DNA of 64,000 nucleotides, from contig CBFFSA010000001.1 in assembly GCA_965644495.1 (NCBI GenBank), forward strand, positions 3,472,001 through 3,536,000, read 5' to 3'. The notes under the pieces are model-generated. The model did not search any database. It saw only the letters and a list, made by a program, of their open reading frames with translations, and had not been told where the DNA came from. The first letter of the stretch is position 1, and the number at the start of each line of letters is the position of its first letter. Shown piece after piece: positions 10,573 to 22,813 of this stretch. This stretch comes from Perkinsela sp. CCAP 1560/9. Its lineage: Eukaryota > Protista > Euglenozoa: Kinetoplastea. The position numbers and the translations under genes were made by a program.

Positions 10573-11253
10573 ACGCCACGCATCTTCATAATCTTTGCAT
10601 ATTGATAGATCTGCGATAGGATAGTTATGTCTTGCTGGCTTGGTGCAAGTTGCCAATCATGAGATGTGCGGCATGATTAGGTTTGACGGCTCAAAGTCTT
10701 TATTTCTCCATGTGTTTATAGTTCAGTTTTTTAGAAACATAATAATCAACAAAGTAGTACTTGTTTCGCTGCTCTTAAAAGTCTAGAATTGCTCTTTTTG
10801 TCTTATGCGTATTATTCTTATTCGATTTAACCGAATCTATTTTTGAAGTTTTAATCCCCTTTAATCTGTCAAATTCACATTTAATCACCGCATCTTAATG
10901 TAGATTTTAATTTACGTTGCTGTTTTATCTAATCGGGACGTGTCAGAGTCTTGTTAAAGCCACCAATCTGTACGTCTTTGGGCTAGATGCCAATAGGCAA
11001 TGAATCTCATTCTCTAACTCACTAAATGTAATAGGTATATCAACCTGAACGAATACAAGTCTTTGGAAGTAAAGCAGGTGTAGTGTATCGCTTTCCTATT
11101 TCTTATAATCTGTTGCGTATTTCTAGATTTTAGTTTGAAACCCGAGTTGTTGAGTGACACGCTACAGATTTATCGTTGTCATACGTGCATCGCGGAGTAT
11201 TTAATTTTTTATTGTAGAATAAGAAGTCATCATTCTAATTTTTCTTTATCAAT

Positions 11254-11655
11254 ATGGGGCTTTGTGCCTCCAAAGTAAACACCAGCAGTCCTGTAGCAGC
11301 ACAATTTGACGCCGATTGGATTCCTTTTATCGATGGAAAGAGAGGTGCAGATTTTCACCGAGTAGTGAGGGCCTGTTCCCCTTTTGCAAGCCATGAGTTG
11401 GGAGAGCGATGGGCAGAAGGGGTCCTTAAGCGAATGCACATCGGTTTGGAGAAACGCAATCTTGCAGGAGTGTACAAATATGATATTAAGGGAATTGGGA
11501 ACAATGGCATCATTGAGGTTTGTTGTAACGTGACAAATCCGAGTGGGCTTCCTGGTCCACACGTTAACCGAAATTTTCATTATGTCTTGCAATATCTTAC
11601 AGAACAGTCTTCAGATAAAATAGACAGGGAAAAGGGGCAAGTGATGGATTCCTAG
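11254..11655 (+). CDS. Hypothetical protein with predicted N-terminal dual acylation (MGLCASK)
   Basis: 133 aa ORF on the cluster strand. The G2/C4/S6 pattern fits myristoylation plus palmitoylation. Confidence 0.55.
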   Translation: MGLCASKVNTSSPVAAQFDADWIPFIDGKRGADFHRVVRACSPFASHELGERWAEGVLKRMHIGLEKRNLAGVYKYDIKGIGNNGIIEVCCNVTNPSGLPGPHVNRNFHYVLQYLTEQSSDKIDREKGQVMDS

Positions 11656-11976
11656 TGTTCTTTGCAGTATCTATTCGCGATACAGACTCCGAGCATGTTT
11701 TGTACAAAGAGAGGCATACAGTATGTGATCAGTGCTTTCCCATCTTTCCAGATACGGATTTCAGATCAGTATTGCGCAACGTAATAAACGAAAAAACGTA
11801 TTTGTCATTTTGAAAAGTGGTCATCTTTTTAAGAATGATCCATCTGTGTTACTTCACACTTCAAGACTACTTGAGCATACAATTTATGTAGAATAATCTA
11901 GAAATAATCTGCACGAAACATTTGCTGAAAATGGACATTTGAAGGTTGTTTCATTACTGAGTTCTACTGCTATAAA

Positions 11977-13209
11977 ATGAAACTCAAAGTGCGACTTGTC
12001 ACAGGTGAATTTAAAGATGCGGAGATTCCGGATAAGGGTACCGTTGGGGAATTAAAGACGGCCGTTGCGCAGGAGTATGAATCAGAATCCGTCAAATTTT
12101 GCTTTAAAGGTTCTGTCCTAACAGATAGTGAGAAGGTGCTTCACGACGCCGGCGTATGTGAGAACGATACCCTTGTCATGGTTGGAAAAAAGAAAAAAAT
12201 TGTTGCAGAGGTCCCAAAAACTTCTGCTGCTCTAGGTAATGCCGAGTCGGGCACCACTCAGAGCGCCCCTGTACCATACATTCCCTCTGATTCTTCTTCC
12301 GCTGTGAACCCCTCCGCACCTGCCTCCACGCCCACCCGTGCCGCCACGTCCACTTTACTTGCGCCGAACGAACAAGATATCACCAATCTCACCTCCATGG
12401 GGTTCTCACGAGAGCTGGTCCTTCGGGCACTCCGGGCAGCGTACAACAACCCCGAACGTGCGGTGGAGTACTGTCTCAGCGGAATCCCCGCCAATACGGA
12501 GCGTGGTTACAGCGCCCCCGTGCCTATGCCCTCTTTTCCTGCTCCTGGTACCGCGTCGGAAACCCCAGCCGAGAGTACAAACCCGAGTAGTGCTACAGTA
12601 CCGGAGACAGCTCACCATGGTGCGTTAAATGAGTCAGCGGGGACGACCTCCACCGCTACAACACCCGACATCGACGAAGCACAGCGCCAACTACGTGAGT
12701 TGCTCGGGGGGGCTCCCGAGCCCTCCGCTCTGGCCCAGGAACTACAAAACCTGCCGAACTTCGATGCTATACGGGATCTGATTCTTCGTAACCCGGAGTC
12801 GATGTTACCGATGGCCATGCAGCAGTTACAGCAATCCCACCCCGCGCTGCACACGCTGATACAGCAAAGTCCGCAGGAGTTTATGAGCCTATTAAGCCGT
12901 GGTCTCGGGGGCAACGCTGAGTTAGGGGGTGAGGCTGGGTCTGTACCTCAAGTCGTCACGCTCGGCGCCGAAGACGTGGAGCCAATTCAACGTTTAATGG
13001 CACTCGGGGGGTTCACCCAGGAGCAGGCCGCACGGGCCTACGTCCTGGGTCGACGTAATGAGGAGATCGCCGCCGCGATTCTTTTTGAAAGTATGGAACA
13101 AGGCGGCGATGGGGGCATCGGGGATTTGTTGCCCTCGATGGAAGGATCCACCAATGAGGCGAGTGACAGCGACTCAAAAGATGAAAATGGGGACACAAAC
13201 GAAGAGTAA
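11977..13209 (+). CDS. RAD23: UV excision repair protein RAD23 (UBL-UBA-XPC-binding-UBA)
   Basis: N-terminal UBL, UBA1 [29 protein letters not shown]-binding region, and UBA2 [10 protein letters not shown]...RNEEIAA. Confidence 0.95.
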   Translation: MKLKVRLVTGEFKDAEIPDKGTVGELKTAVAQEYESESVKFCFKGSVLTDSEKVLHDAGVCENDTLVMVGKKKKIVAEVPKTSAALGNAESGTTQSAPVPYIPSDSSSAVNPSAPASTPTRAATSTLLAPNEQDITNLTSMGFSRELVLRALRAAYNNPERAVEYCLSGIPANTERGYSAPVPMPSFPAPGTASETPAESTNPSSATVPETAHHGALNESAGTTSTATTPDIDEAQRQLRELLGGAPEPSALAQELQNLPNFDAIRDLILRNPESMLPMAMQQLQQSHPALHTLIQQSPQEFMSLLSRGLGGNAELGGEAGSVPQVVTLGAEDVEPIQRLMALGGFTQEQAARAYVLGRRNEEIAAAILFESMEQGGDGGIGDLLPSMEGSTNEASDSDSKDENGDTNEE

Positions 13210-13452
13210 CGTGGGCTAGATCATTTTATTGAAAAGAAATTGTTCGGCATAACATGATGTAGGTGAATATGATATTTTTTAGAAGAAAATGCTTGCTTTG
13301 AGGTTATAGGCTATGTGTTTCATTAGAATGTTGCTGTTGTGTAACGCATTGGTTATTGATTTTTGAACGCGATACACCAGTCTTAGAATCATACGAGTAT
13401 GTATGTAGATACACTAAAAGGGTTCTAAGAACGATCTCTTCAAAATTTTATT

Positions 13453-14775
13453 ATGTTTGAACTCCCACAAAAACTAAAAGCTTACTTCTTGGGCACGCAA
13501 TCGCAATCAGAGCTTGCTGCCGCTGTGGAGGCCTGCCAGAGTTGGAGCAGCGCCCTTCCTATTCGACTCATCGATATTTACTGTGCCGTCCGGTATGAAA
13601 TAGAATCCAACCAAAGCCCCGCCTCGGTCCCCAGTCTCGGTGATTTTCTTCGTTCCATGCATGTCCTTCTTCGACAATCCGCCGGACACTACCCGGAACT
13701 CAAGCTGCGAACTCTCGACTTTAGCTACCTCGCGCTTTCCTCAAGCTGCCCCTACATGACCCACGCCCTCGTCCTCCTCCGTGAGGTACCCTGTGGGGTG
13801 ATGGATCTCCGAGAGGGGAATCAAGCACTGCGGCAGGACCCGCTGGCGGTGGCGGACATTATCACAGCCACGAAACAAAACTCCAGTGTGCGTCTTGTGT
13901 TCCTCCCAGAAGAGCTCACGCAGTATCCCACCACAGGCAGTATGGGTTGTAAGGCGTTGGTACTGGTTGCTCCGGAGGATCTCGGGAAAATCTCGATCGG
14001 AGGGGAGCTGCAATTTTTCGGATCCGACGAGAGGAACATAGGGCTGCCCCTTCCGAATTTGGGTAACACCGCACATCATCATGTGCGTGCAACAGTAGTT
14101 TACGATAGCACGATTCGCCAAAAGCCTAGATTTCCTACTTTGGAAGGGATCTCACGATATATAAAAAGTCGAGTCCCGCATCACACGGAGATAATTCGAT
14201 CACAGCAGATAGACGAGAATTGTGTATGTAGCATGCGAGAACGCCTCAAAGTTTTGCAGAACCCAGGGATGGCCATCTCCGACAAGGAACGGCTGGTCGA
14301 GGCTGTGCATTACTTGAGCTGGAATACATGTCTCGAGATCTTGCAGAGGCAAAGTCTTACCCTCACGCAATGCATGGTACAATGCACCCCAGCCTTACTC
14401 TCTTCACTGTTGAAGCGTGATCACAACGACAAGTCTCCACAAAAGGACGAGGACATGCTAAGCGCAGTGCTTGAAACTGTACGCTATCATGTAGATGCAT
14501 TCCAGAGCTACCATCAGCGTAAATCGCAGCAAAACGATAAATCATCAGAGATGGAATACGAAGCCGGAAATCTTTTCTACGCTGTGGACGTGTTACGTCG
14601 CCACGGAATTGATTGGCGACGCTTACATAGTGAGGAGAGTGCCGTTGAGGGATACATAGAGCAACTTTATCTGAACCGCGAGAGAGAGTATGCCAGGGAA
14701 GTGCAAAATGCGGTGACGTGGGTCTCCCAAAATCTTGCCAAAATGCGCAAAGATGCCTTGTTTGATGAAGCGTAA
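13453..14775 (+). CDS. Hypothetical protein
   Basis: 440 aa ATG-initiated ORF on the cluster strand. No family recognised. Confidence 0.7.
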   Translation: MFELPQKLKAYFLGTQSQSELAAAVEACQSWSSALPIRLIDIYCAVRYEIESNQSPASVPSLGDFLRSMHVLLRQSAGHYPELKLRTLDFSYLALSSSCPYMTHALVLLREVPCGVMDLREGNQALRQDPLAVADIITATKQNSSVRLVFLPEELTQYPTTGSMGCKALVLVAPEDLGKISIGGELQFFGSDERNIGLPLPNLGNTAHHHVRATVVYDSTIRQKPRFPTLEGISRYIKSRVPHHTEIIRSQQIDENCVCSMRERLKVLQNPGMAISDKERLVEAVHYLSWNTCLEILQRQSLTLTQCMVQCTPALLSSLLKRDHNDKSPQKDEDMLSAVLETVRYHVDAFQSYHQRKSQQNDKSSEMEYEAGNLFYAVDVLRRHGIDWRRLHSEESAVEGYIEQLYLNREREYAREVQNAVTWVSQNLAKMRKDALFDEA

Positions 14776-14992
14776 AAACTATTCGTCAATCACAACCGCA
14801 TTATAACTACTGTTGTTTTCTTTGTCGTAGTCAACGGCTTCACGCTTTTCCTAAAATCAGATTACCATTTTAACGTAATTTTGATATAAACTTAACAGAA
14901 AGACATGTTAAGGAGATACGATCACACATTATAGCACCTTTTCTTTCCGATCAAGTACTACCTTACTTACAGTCGTATTTTCGAACTCTTCA

Positions 14993-15445
14993 ATGCTTCT
15001 TCGCAGCACGCGCTCTCTCGTACGCCGGGCTGCTATTTTTATTCCTTTTCGTATTTGTAGTACGTCTAGTTTATCACACATAGCTCCTCGTCTTTCTGTG
15101 TCATCCATTATTTCCGCCACTCCTCGTCGTTGTTATTGCACAGGCAAGGATTCAGAGAATACTGCAGCATCTGAAAAGTCTGATGCAAGTACCCTACTTG
15201 ACCGTGATATTGTTAAACAGCGCGTTATGGACGTAGTAAAAAACTTTGAAAAGGTGGACGCATCAAAGGTATCCGAGAATTCTCATTTTGTTCAAGATTT
15301 GGGACTTGACTCCCTAGATGTGGTGGAAGTTGTAATGGCGTTGGAGCAAGAATTCGTGGTGGACATTCCAGACAACGACGCAGAGAAAATACAAAGTATT
15401 GAAGAAGCGATCGACTATATTGCGGCGAATCCCTCTGCAAAGTAA
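14993..15445 (+). CDS. Mitochondrial acyl carrier protein
   Basis: DLGLDSLDVVEVVMALEQEF phosphopantetheine motif and an Arg/Ser-rich presequence. Confidence 0.95.
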   Translation: MLLRSTRSLVRRAAIFIPFRICSTSSLSHIAPRLSVSSIISATPRRCYCTGKDSENTAASEKSDASTLLDRDIVKQRVMDVVKNFEKVDASKVSENSHFVQDLGLDSLDVVEVVMALEQEFVVDIPDNDAEKIQSIEEAIDYIAANPSAK

Positions 15446-15895
15446 CTTCAAGTTCTACGACGCATGTACAACGTCATTGTAGGTAGAGCGCCCCTTTTTC
15501 AAAAGACTACCAGTCTATACATGAATATTTTGCGTTGAGTTATTGGGAAAAACTAAGAAAAATTTAATCTGCTTAATCAATGTCATTTCTTTTTACTTTT
15601 AAGTCGTCGATCATTCAGACATTTGACTTTTGGGGGATCTAAAAATACTAGCCATGTGTTTTCGAGTATTATGCTGCAGATGAGACAACGAATACTTTTA
15701 CTTACTTCTATAGTAAAAACATCTTGCTTAATGACATCTAGACATCTTATCTTTTTTCGGAAACAACGGATTTTTTGAAACAAATGCACTGACACGGGTG
15801 GTATTTTTTGTAGCATTACGAATTTTCTTTCATCCTACATACTTCTACATACTTCGATGTTGCACATTATTTAAGGTCCTTTTCTGTCACGAAGC

Positions 15896-17032
15896 ATGAG
15901 ATCACAAAGCACAAAAAGACAAGCCCTTGACTACATTCTCGATGAGACCTCAGCTGACCACTTCCATTTCCACCCAAATGCTAAACTACGTTATATTCGC
16001 TCCATCTTTCGAGCTACAACGCTTCTTGTGGTTCTTGTCTCGTGCATTCAACTTGGGATCGAATCTCTACCACGTTACTATTTAACACTTCGTTCACCTC
16101 CCACTTTCTGGTTTAGTATTGAGTGTTTTTGTGTCGCCTACTTAACCATAGAATATCTCACTCGTTGGTGGGCCCACCTCGGAAATCGAGTACGATTTCC
16201 TCTTCAATTTCTCAACATCCTTGATTTACTCGCAGTGATCCCGTTCTACATCGAAAGAATCCTTGATGCCTGCGGTGGCATCCCCACATATCACCTCATG
16301 GACTTACGTGTGCTGCGGTTGTTTCGTGTCACCCGCGCCGTGCGCTTCTTCCCTGGGGGATCACTTGTGCTCCGCGCGTTCACAGACACTGCCCCCACAC
16401 TCGGGAGCTGTCTGGTTGCATTCGTTCTGCTTCTATTTTTCTGGTCCTCGTTGCTTTATACCGTAGAGCGCGCGCACAGTCGGTTTGATCCCGGACGCTC
16501 TCTGTGGGTACGTCCTCGATACAAAGGGCTGGTGCTCGCCGAGGAGGTCTCACCGTTTCAATCCGTCTACCACACCCTGTGGTGGGCAGCTACCTCGATG
16601 TGTACAGTGGGGTATGGCGACGCCGTCCCCCTGAGTGCGATGGGAAAAATCATCGCCACACTCACTATGCTGTCCGGGATTTTTATGCTAGCTCTGCCAA
16701 CCTCTGTGGTGGGCTCGCGGTTCTTACATTTGTACCGAAATTCTCACCGAAAAGCGGAGTTTAATTGTTTGCGTAAGCCAGTGGATCATAGAAAAGTGTG
16801 TATTGCCTCTGAACTTGGGTCCCTAGCAGAGGATGCTCTCCTTACCGACGATGAGTCTCATCGCCTGCATCAAGTGCTGTGGGATAAGAAGTATGAGAGA
16901 GCATTGCAACAAATTTATCAAGCATCGCTTTTGACGCAAAATTATGATCTTCGTCGACGCCGTTTTGTAGAAAATTTACATGGTCTCCTTGCTCATGACC
17001 ACCAGGGTTGTGCATGTTATGGTTACATTTAA
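15896..17032 (+). CDS. Voltage-gated (6TM) potassium channel
   Basis: Selectivity filter TVGYGD, S4 LRVLRLFRVTRAVRF, S3 NILDLLAVIPFY, S6 LALP. Confidence 0.93.
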   Translation: MRSQSTKRQALDYILDETSADHFHFHPNAKLRYIRSIFRATTLLVVLVSCIQLGIESLPRYYLTLRSPPTFWFSIECFCVAYLTIEYLTRWWAHLGNRVRFPLQFLNILDLLAVIPFYIERILDACGGIPTYHLMDLRVLRLFRVTRAVRFFPGGSLVLRAFTDTAPTLGSCLVAFVLLLFFWSSLLYTVERAHSRFDPGRSLWVRPRYKGLVLAEEVSPFQSVYHTLWWAATSMCTVGYGDAVPLSAMGKIIATLTMLSGIFMLALPTSVVGSRFLHLYRNSHRKAEFNCLRKPVDHRKVCIASELGSLAEDALLTDDESHRLHQVLWDKKYERALQQIYQASLLTQNYDLRRRRFVENLHGLLAHDHQGCACYGYI

Positions 17033-17438
17033 ATCATCTAAAGAAGTGTTGTAGAATGGTGGCTGAGATCCCAAATTGAATTTAAGATTCCTACGTTAGG
17101 TGACGCGCACTCATAAGGATGACCCCGTCGGATGTTTTCGTCATTTTGTGATGAACGTGCGGGCAACCATTCAAAGAGGCCATGCACCGATGGTGCAGGT
17201 CGCCGTCCAGGGATGGTGGTCTAATGGGATTGGATAATTTGTGTCTGAGTAGGAAAAAAGGTCCGAAATCTACGAGAATCATTTAAGGATGACCAATTTG
17301 TTTCCTCTTTTCGACCTCCCCGAAAAACAATATTAAGTAAGGGAAATAAACAATAAGTGGGAAAAGAGTCTAAGGAAAAGTTGAAACGTTTTCTAGCTTG
17401 CTTCTTTATGAAGTATGTAATCATATAGAGTAGTTTTA

Positions 17439-17761
17439 AACCACTGTCCAGCTTACCCCCCCCCCGGTAGATTACGAAGGTATAGGTATATTAAAAAATC
17501 TAAAGAATCCACAAAAACGCCTAAAAAACATTTCTCCCCAAAATGCGTTTAAAAATTCTTTGAAAAGTCCTGTTTAGGGACTGAAAATGTAAAAAAAAGT
17601 ACTTTATCTTCTGTAAATGCTCTTTTGCGCCAGGCCTTTTCTGAACCTTGTGTTGTGAAAGCCTTGTGTTGGAGGGGGGGTATATTAAAGCAGAGTGGAC
17701 ACTGTAATATACCTCCCCGGTATATTATGGGGGTATAGGTATGGTAAACTGGACAGTGGTT
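17439..17761. mobile_element. MITE with ~19-bp TIRs and TA flanks
   Basis: TA|AACCACTGTCCAG(C/T)TTACC ... GGTAAACTGGACAGTGGTT|TA, 1 mismatch. Non-coding interior. Confidence 0.75.
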
Positions 17762-17869
17762 TATTGTAGAGAGAAATATAGGGGCGATACCGCGTTTGAA
17801 ATGCATTTATCCAGATACAACAGTAAAGTACAATTGAACGCTTGATAAAGTACAATTGAACGCTTCGAT

Positions 17870-18400
17870 ATGGACGGCGAAACCTTCACAACCAAGTTGG
17901 CCAAAGCCCTTCGCCTTGGTACAGACGAACCGTTTGCAACAATACACGCGAAGGACCCGATGCATGGCGACTTGTCGACAACTGCTATTGATAGCTATAT
18001 CGAAATTAAGCAAATCATGAGTTTGCTCAATTTTGGTGAGAAAGCTTATCTTGCGTACGATCTTGTGGCTCAATTTATAAGTTTGAATACATGTGAAGAG
18101 CTTCACGAAAAGTTCCGCGAACAAAAAAGCATTGTTTATGCAAAGTCACGCAATCTAGAGTCACGTAACACGTCGTCTGACTCATTTCGCTCTGAATTAT
18201 GTCTAAATACTCTTTCCAAGGTCATCCAGCAAATGAGCTCTCTCAGCTCGGAAGATTGTAGAGGTACATCCCGTCTCATCGCTTGTTCCTTCCTACGCGG
18301 GCGTGTTCGATCGTATCTTGCGGAGAGAAAGGATTGTACTTCGTCAGATGTAGATGAATGGTACGCTGCGCAACGTATCATCCGAAGGTCATTGCGATGA
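17870..18400 (+). CDS. Hypothetical protein, paralogue of 19057
   Basis: Shares GE(K/R)AY(L/V)AY(D/E)LV, FR.ELC and AC..LR.RV..Y with the next gene. Confidence 0.75.
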   Translation: MDGETFTTKLAKALRLGTDEPFATIHAKDPMHGDLSTTAIDSYIEIKQIMSLLNFGEKAYLAYDLVAQFISLNTCEELHEKFREQKSIVYAKSRNLESRNTSSDSFRSELCLNTLSKVIQQMSSLSSEDCRGTSRLIACSFLRGRVRSYLAERKDCTSSDVDEWYAAQRIIRRSLR

Positions 18401-19056
18401 AATTATAAATCAAAATGTTTTTAGAATCCATACAAATATAATTAACAAGATCAAAAAGTGATGTGATACGACGGCATTAAGATTGATAGCGCAAAGTCCA
18501 CCCACCTCAATTCTTCAACGGAGGCCAAGCTGTAACAAGTGAAAAACAAATGGGAAGATCTCTTTTCTGTTTTTTAAGTCGTTATTTAAGGTGTCTATAT
18601 TTCCGAAAATTGTAAGTCTATTTACAGTATTCAGATTCTTGCTCCCGAAGTTAGTATGCGATACTGAAAATACAAAGTGCTACTCTTGCCACTACATCAT
18701 GCGTTTATACATCTTACTTTACTTACTCCTTTACTATCTGTGCTATCTCATCTAAAATAGGAGGTAGCCAAAATATAAAGTATCCAGGTAGTATTAAAAT
18801 ACATACATGTACATTTGATTCGAATCCCTTGCTTCATAAATTATATTTATTGTCTGTAGAGACTTCCCCCCGGTCGCGACATTGATTACAAAAAAGAGTT
18901 TGCATAATAGTGACCATAAAATTGGAAAAAAATCAAGTATTTTCTCAAAATAATTTTTAATGCATTTCTTAGAAATGCATCGTAGAAATTCTACAAGCAT
19001 TTTTTATAGCATTTTCAAGCATTCCACCAAACTCATCAGATACATCGCTCCGTAAT

Positions 19057-19620
19057 ATGGATTTTTCGCTGGCTGGTGACGACCCAAATTCTAATGATGA
19101 TGCTTTTCTGGAATTCCAAACGAAGCACTCATTGAAAAGAATGGAAAAACTTGAAGGCATTTACTCTGATACGGAGGAAGGTCATGTTCCTACGTGCCAC
19201 GATTCAGTGAGAGCGGAGCGTTTAGACCTACCAGAAATTTGTTCTCATTATAAAGTATTATCGCGTTACGCTTCCATTGTTGCTCTTGTTTCCAAGCTTG
19301 ATCAGGGTGAACGAGCATACGTGGCATACGAACTAGTGGGATCTTACGTTGGCGAAGAACATTTACTAGGCCTAAAAGAAGCATCGCCATCAGAATGGAA
19401 ATCGCAACTGCAAAACCAAGGAAAAAATTCGAAAAAACCTTTTCGATACGAGTTGTGCAACGAAATTTTGCGTCTCATAAATCGGCGTGTCTCGGATCTC
19501 ACACCTCGTGAGTGCTTTTGCGTCAGCTGTCGTGTGGCCTGCTTACTTTTACGAGCCCGTGTCGTTCGGTATTGCCAAAAACATCCAGCGTCTCGCATGA
19601 ACCCTGACTGGACTTGGTAA
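19057..19620 (+). CDS. Hypothetical protein, paralogue of 17870
   Basis: Same motif set as 17870. Confidence 0.75.
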   Translation: MDFSLAGDDPNSNDDAFLEFQTKHSLKRMEKLEGIYSDTEEGHVPTCHDSVRAERLDLPEICSHYKVLSRYASIVALVSKLDQGERAYVAYELVGSYVGEEHLLGLKEASPSEWKSQLQNQGKNSKKPFRYELCNEILRLINRRVSDLTPRECFCVSCRVACLLLRARVVRYCQKHPASRMNPDWTW

Positions 19621-20168
19621 ACGCTTGTTCTACAGTGCATATGAAAAAAAAGTAAAAATTCATTACTTGCTCAGTCAATAATTATTTTTTTTTGTTTTAA
19701 CAGCCTACATCAGAATTGTTCAAAGATTATATTCTAAATACATGTAATTTGGAAAGGTTAATGCACGGGATTTACAATATCGCGCACTAATCTATTTTGT
19801 GTATATCGCAGATAGTAAGCTTCCTTTATACTTAGAACGTTTTTTTCAAAGGAATTATGCTATTAGGTGCACCTTGCTTCATTATTGTTTTAGATTATCT
19901 TAAGAATGTTAAGTGTTTTATTAAGAATTATGCTTCTTACTGAGCTACTTACTTGAACTAGTTACAGTAAGATTAGCTTGCGTATTCCTTCCTTGCAATG
20001 CAAAGTACAAATGAGTATGTGTTCAGAAACAAATCTCTCAATTGCAATATTTTTTTATTCCAGTTCATTTGGATATCCTATTTCGGTATCATACCATCAT
20101 TCATGTATCTGTGCACAAAGTGTCAAAAGGAAAATTGTTTCTTTTTTATTCTTCACATCACTTTTCTT

Positions 20169-20429
20169 ATGGCTGCTCCTAGCAAAGCGATCAAGAAGGT
20201 TGTCAAAAAGATTTCCGCATCGAAGAAGAGCGTTAAAAAGGTACAGGCCACGCGTGTTGTCAAACCGAAAAAGTCGAGCCCCGCAAAACGTAAGGCAAGT
20301 CCGGCCAAAAAATCTACTGCTAAGAAAGCCTCTAAAAAGGTCGTGAAGAAGCCTGCGAAATCTGCTGGCAAGCGTTCTTCTAAAAGAAAAGCAAACACCA
20401 GCAAAGCGAAGAAGCCCGCGAAAAAATAA
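20169..20429 (+). CDS. Histone H1-like protein (kinetoplastid type, no globular domain), copy 1
   Basis: 86 aa K/A/S/V-rich protein MAAPSKAIKK with SPAK motifs. ATG follows a pyrimidine tract. Confidence 0.8.
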   Translation: MAAPSKAIKKVVKKISASKKSVKKVQATRVVKPKKSSPAKRKASPAKKSTAKKASKKVVKKPAKSAGKRSSKRKANTSKAKKPAKK

Positions 20430-21649
20430 AGAAGAATTGATGCATACCTCGTATCTCAGAATATGCGCAACATGTATGTTAATTTGAGCTGCTCTTCTTC
20501 ACACAGACATAGCATTTCTTTTCTGGTTATGCCGTGTGAAAAGTCTTTTTTACCAAGCTCCACGAAGCGACATAAGTGTTTTATATCCTGATTGATATAT
20601 TTATCGTAATCCAATAATAGTTCGGAGAAATTTTTATCAAAAAATGTTTATACGGCACAGCGTGTTATAAATTATAATTGCTTAGCATTCCTTCATCACG
20701 TTAACCCGCTTCATTTAATTTTTTTACTTGCCTTTGACCGGTATTACCATGACAACATCTTTTAAAACTTGTGAGGAACAAACCAGATGGCATGAGTATG
20801 GGAAGTGCAACCTTTTTTTCAAGAAGAATCTCGGGACGAAGATGGCTGAGAAATGTGGATAAGAAATTAGAGCCTGAGTTTCTATGGAACTACACTCAGA
20901 ATCTTGTGCAAGTTTCGCGCACCGAGCTGTCGCAGCAGATGTTATAAAACGTGCGAGTGGCAGAAGGGCAGTGATTATACCCCGAGCATTGGCTTTGATC
21001 CCCAGAGCTGCCGTTTCCTCACTCGAAATGGTTTTGAATAATGTTCGGTTTGAGTGTTGAGGCACATTGGTCTTCTGTCGCGTACAGTTCAGTTCTAGGA
21101 TATAACAGTTGCGGGGCTACGGGTGTGATCTCGCGTGATCTCCAGTGAACTTGCGTTTTTTCGCGCGATATCGCGTGATCCCGTTTTAGACTCACCCACA
21201 GCCCCTCAATTAATGACTAAGACGGGTGTTAGTACCTTTAGAAGTTTGTAGATTCGAACCTGTAAAGTGCATTTCAATCGAAAATTTAAATTCGCAGAAA
21301 GCAACTCCAAAGCTGAAGGAATGGTATCAAGTGCCTGAGCCACACGTAACGTTCCATTCATGGGAAGCCTAAAATATTCCTTTGCGTACTAACCCGCCAT
21401 AAATTAGATGCCATAAAAGGGGCCAAAATGAACAAACAATATTCATAGGAGTGGAAAGTGTTTTATGAAAGCGAATTAGCTTAAGCAGATCACCTTTTTT
21501 ATAAAACAATTATACTCCACCATACTAATTTTATGTTTGCATCGAAAACTTTGTTTTTACTGTGGACGGTCTTCGTTGATATCTATTTTCTAACTAGATT
21601 ATACTCGAATAAATTCCAGTTTCAAATCACAAAATTCCCTTTCAATTTT

Positions 21650-21919
21650 ATGTCTGCGTCAGCAAAAGTCTCCAAAAAAGTGATTAAGGTCTCATCGACT
21701 AAGAAAGGGGTAAAGAAAGTAACTAAAACTCTGGAAAAACGAAGTGTAAAATCTAAGAAAGCTAACCCTGCGAAAAAAATGACCAAGAAAAACACCAAGA
21801 AAACGGCGAAAAAAAACATATCAAAGAAACCGCTCGTAAAAAAATCTAGCAAGAAATCTCCTGCAAAAAGAAAGTCTTCTTCCAAAGTAAGCAAGTCTAA
21901 GGTTTCTAGAAAAGTATAA
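21650..21919 (+). CDS. Histone H1-like protein, copy 2
   Basis: 89 aa Lys-rich protein MSASAKVSKK with SPAKRK. Confidence 0.8.
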   Translation: MSASAKVSKKVIKVSSTKKGVKKVTKTLEKRSVKSKKANPAKKMTKKNTKKTAKKNISKKPLVKKSSKKSPAKRKSSSKVSKSKVSRKV

Positions 21920-22254
21920 GGCACCTAAGGTTTTCTAAAAAAATAACTTGAAACATAGGCGCAGTTATTAATATCTGTCGAAAATCTACGAAAACCGAAC
22001 GCCTTTCATTCTTCTGTTGTTTTGTTTTTGTTATACCAAAATCTCGTAAATAACGATACGCCATTTTCTAGTATGAAACGACATATATTATTTCTTGCTG
22101 CGCTTAATCGTGTTTCCTGTCTCTTCCTCAACCTTATTGTACTATTTGTAGGAGACTGAACATCATGAAAAGTAAGGCGATACTTGCTCTCGCATATTGT
22201 ACTTCTATTTTTCCTTCTTAGTATATTTTTTCTCTTGTTCTGTTTTACTACACA

Positions 22255-22503
22255 ATGGCTGCACCTGCTAAGTCTGTCCAGAAGAACGCCAAGAAGGCCG
22301 TCTCATCCAAGAAAGGGGTAAAAAAAGTAAAAAAGACGCAGACCAAACGTGCTGCACAACCCAAGCGAAAGGCTAGTCCTATCAAGAAAGGCGTAAAAAA
22401 GGTAGCTAAAAATATCATAAAAAAGTCTGTAGCAAAGAAAACTACTAAGAAGAGTCCTGCAAAGCGCAAGGCAAGTCCCAAAACAAGGCCTTCTAAGAAA
22501 TAG
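22255..22503 (+). CDS. Histone H1-like protein, copy 3
   Basis: 82 aa Lys-rich protein with SPIK, SPAK and SPKT motifs. Confidence 0.8.
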   Translation: MAAPAKSVQKNAKKAVSSKKGVKKVKKTQTKRAAQPKRKASPIKKGVKKVAKNIIKKSVAKKTTKKSPAKRKASPKTRPSKK

Positions 22504-22813
22504 ATCTCAGAGCAGTTGGCAGTAGTGTCTCGGGCCTATACATGCTGATTATCATTCGGAATTGGCTACCATTCTAGCGCTAATGTTTCATTTGATACGC
22601 ATATTGAAATGGCATTTTGAGCGTACGGCGTACGCTTTCTTGTCTTTTCGATTAAAGGCATTATGTTCTGATTGACACATTATTGATACATCTTGTCTAA
22701 AAGCAAAATAAAATTTCTTGCCTACTGATAATTTAAGTAGTGTCAGTATTTAGATTTCATTATACTGGATTTCCAGACTACTTTTAACTACGTTTACTCC
22801 TTCATTTCTCCTC

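Noticed and set aside
17148-17250. Possible C/D snoRNA (GTGATGA...CTGA)
   Set aside because: No terminal stem or recognisable rRNA guide could be established. Such boxes arise by chance.
20724-21065. 113-aa minus-strand ORF between H1 copies
   Set aside because: Non-ATG start, against the cluster direction, and no recognisable motif.
21109-21210. Small imperfect inverted repeat between H1 genes (similar one at about 44927-45046)
   Set aside because: Degenerate, with no TSD. May be an old MITE but is not supportable.
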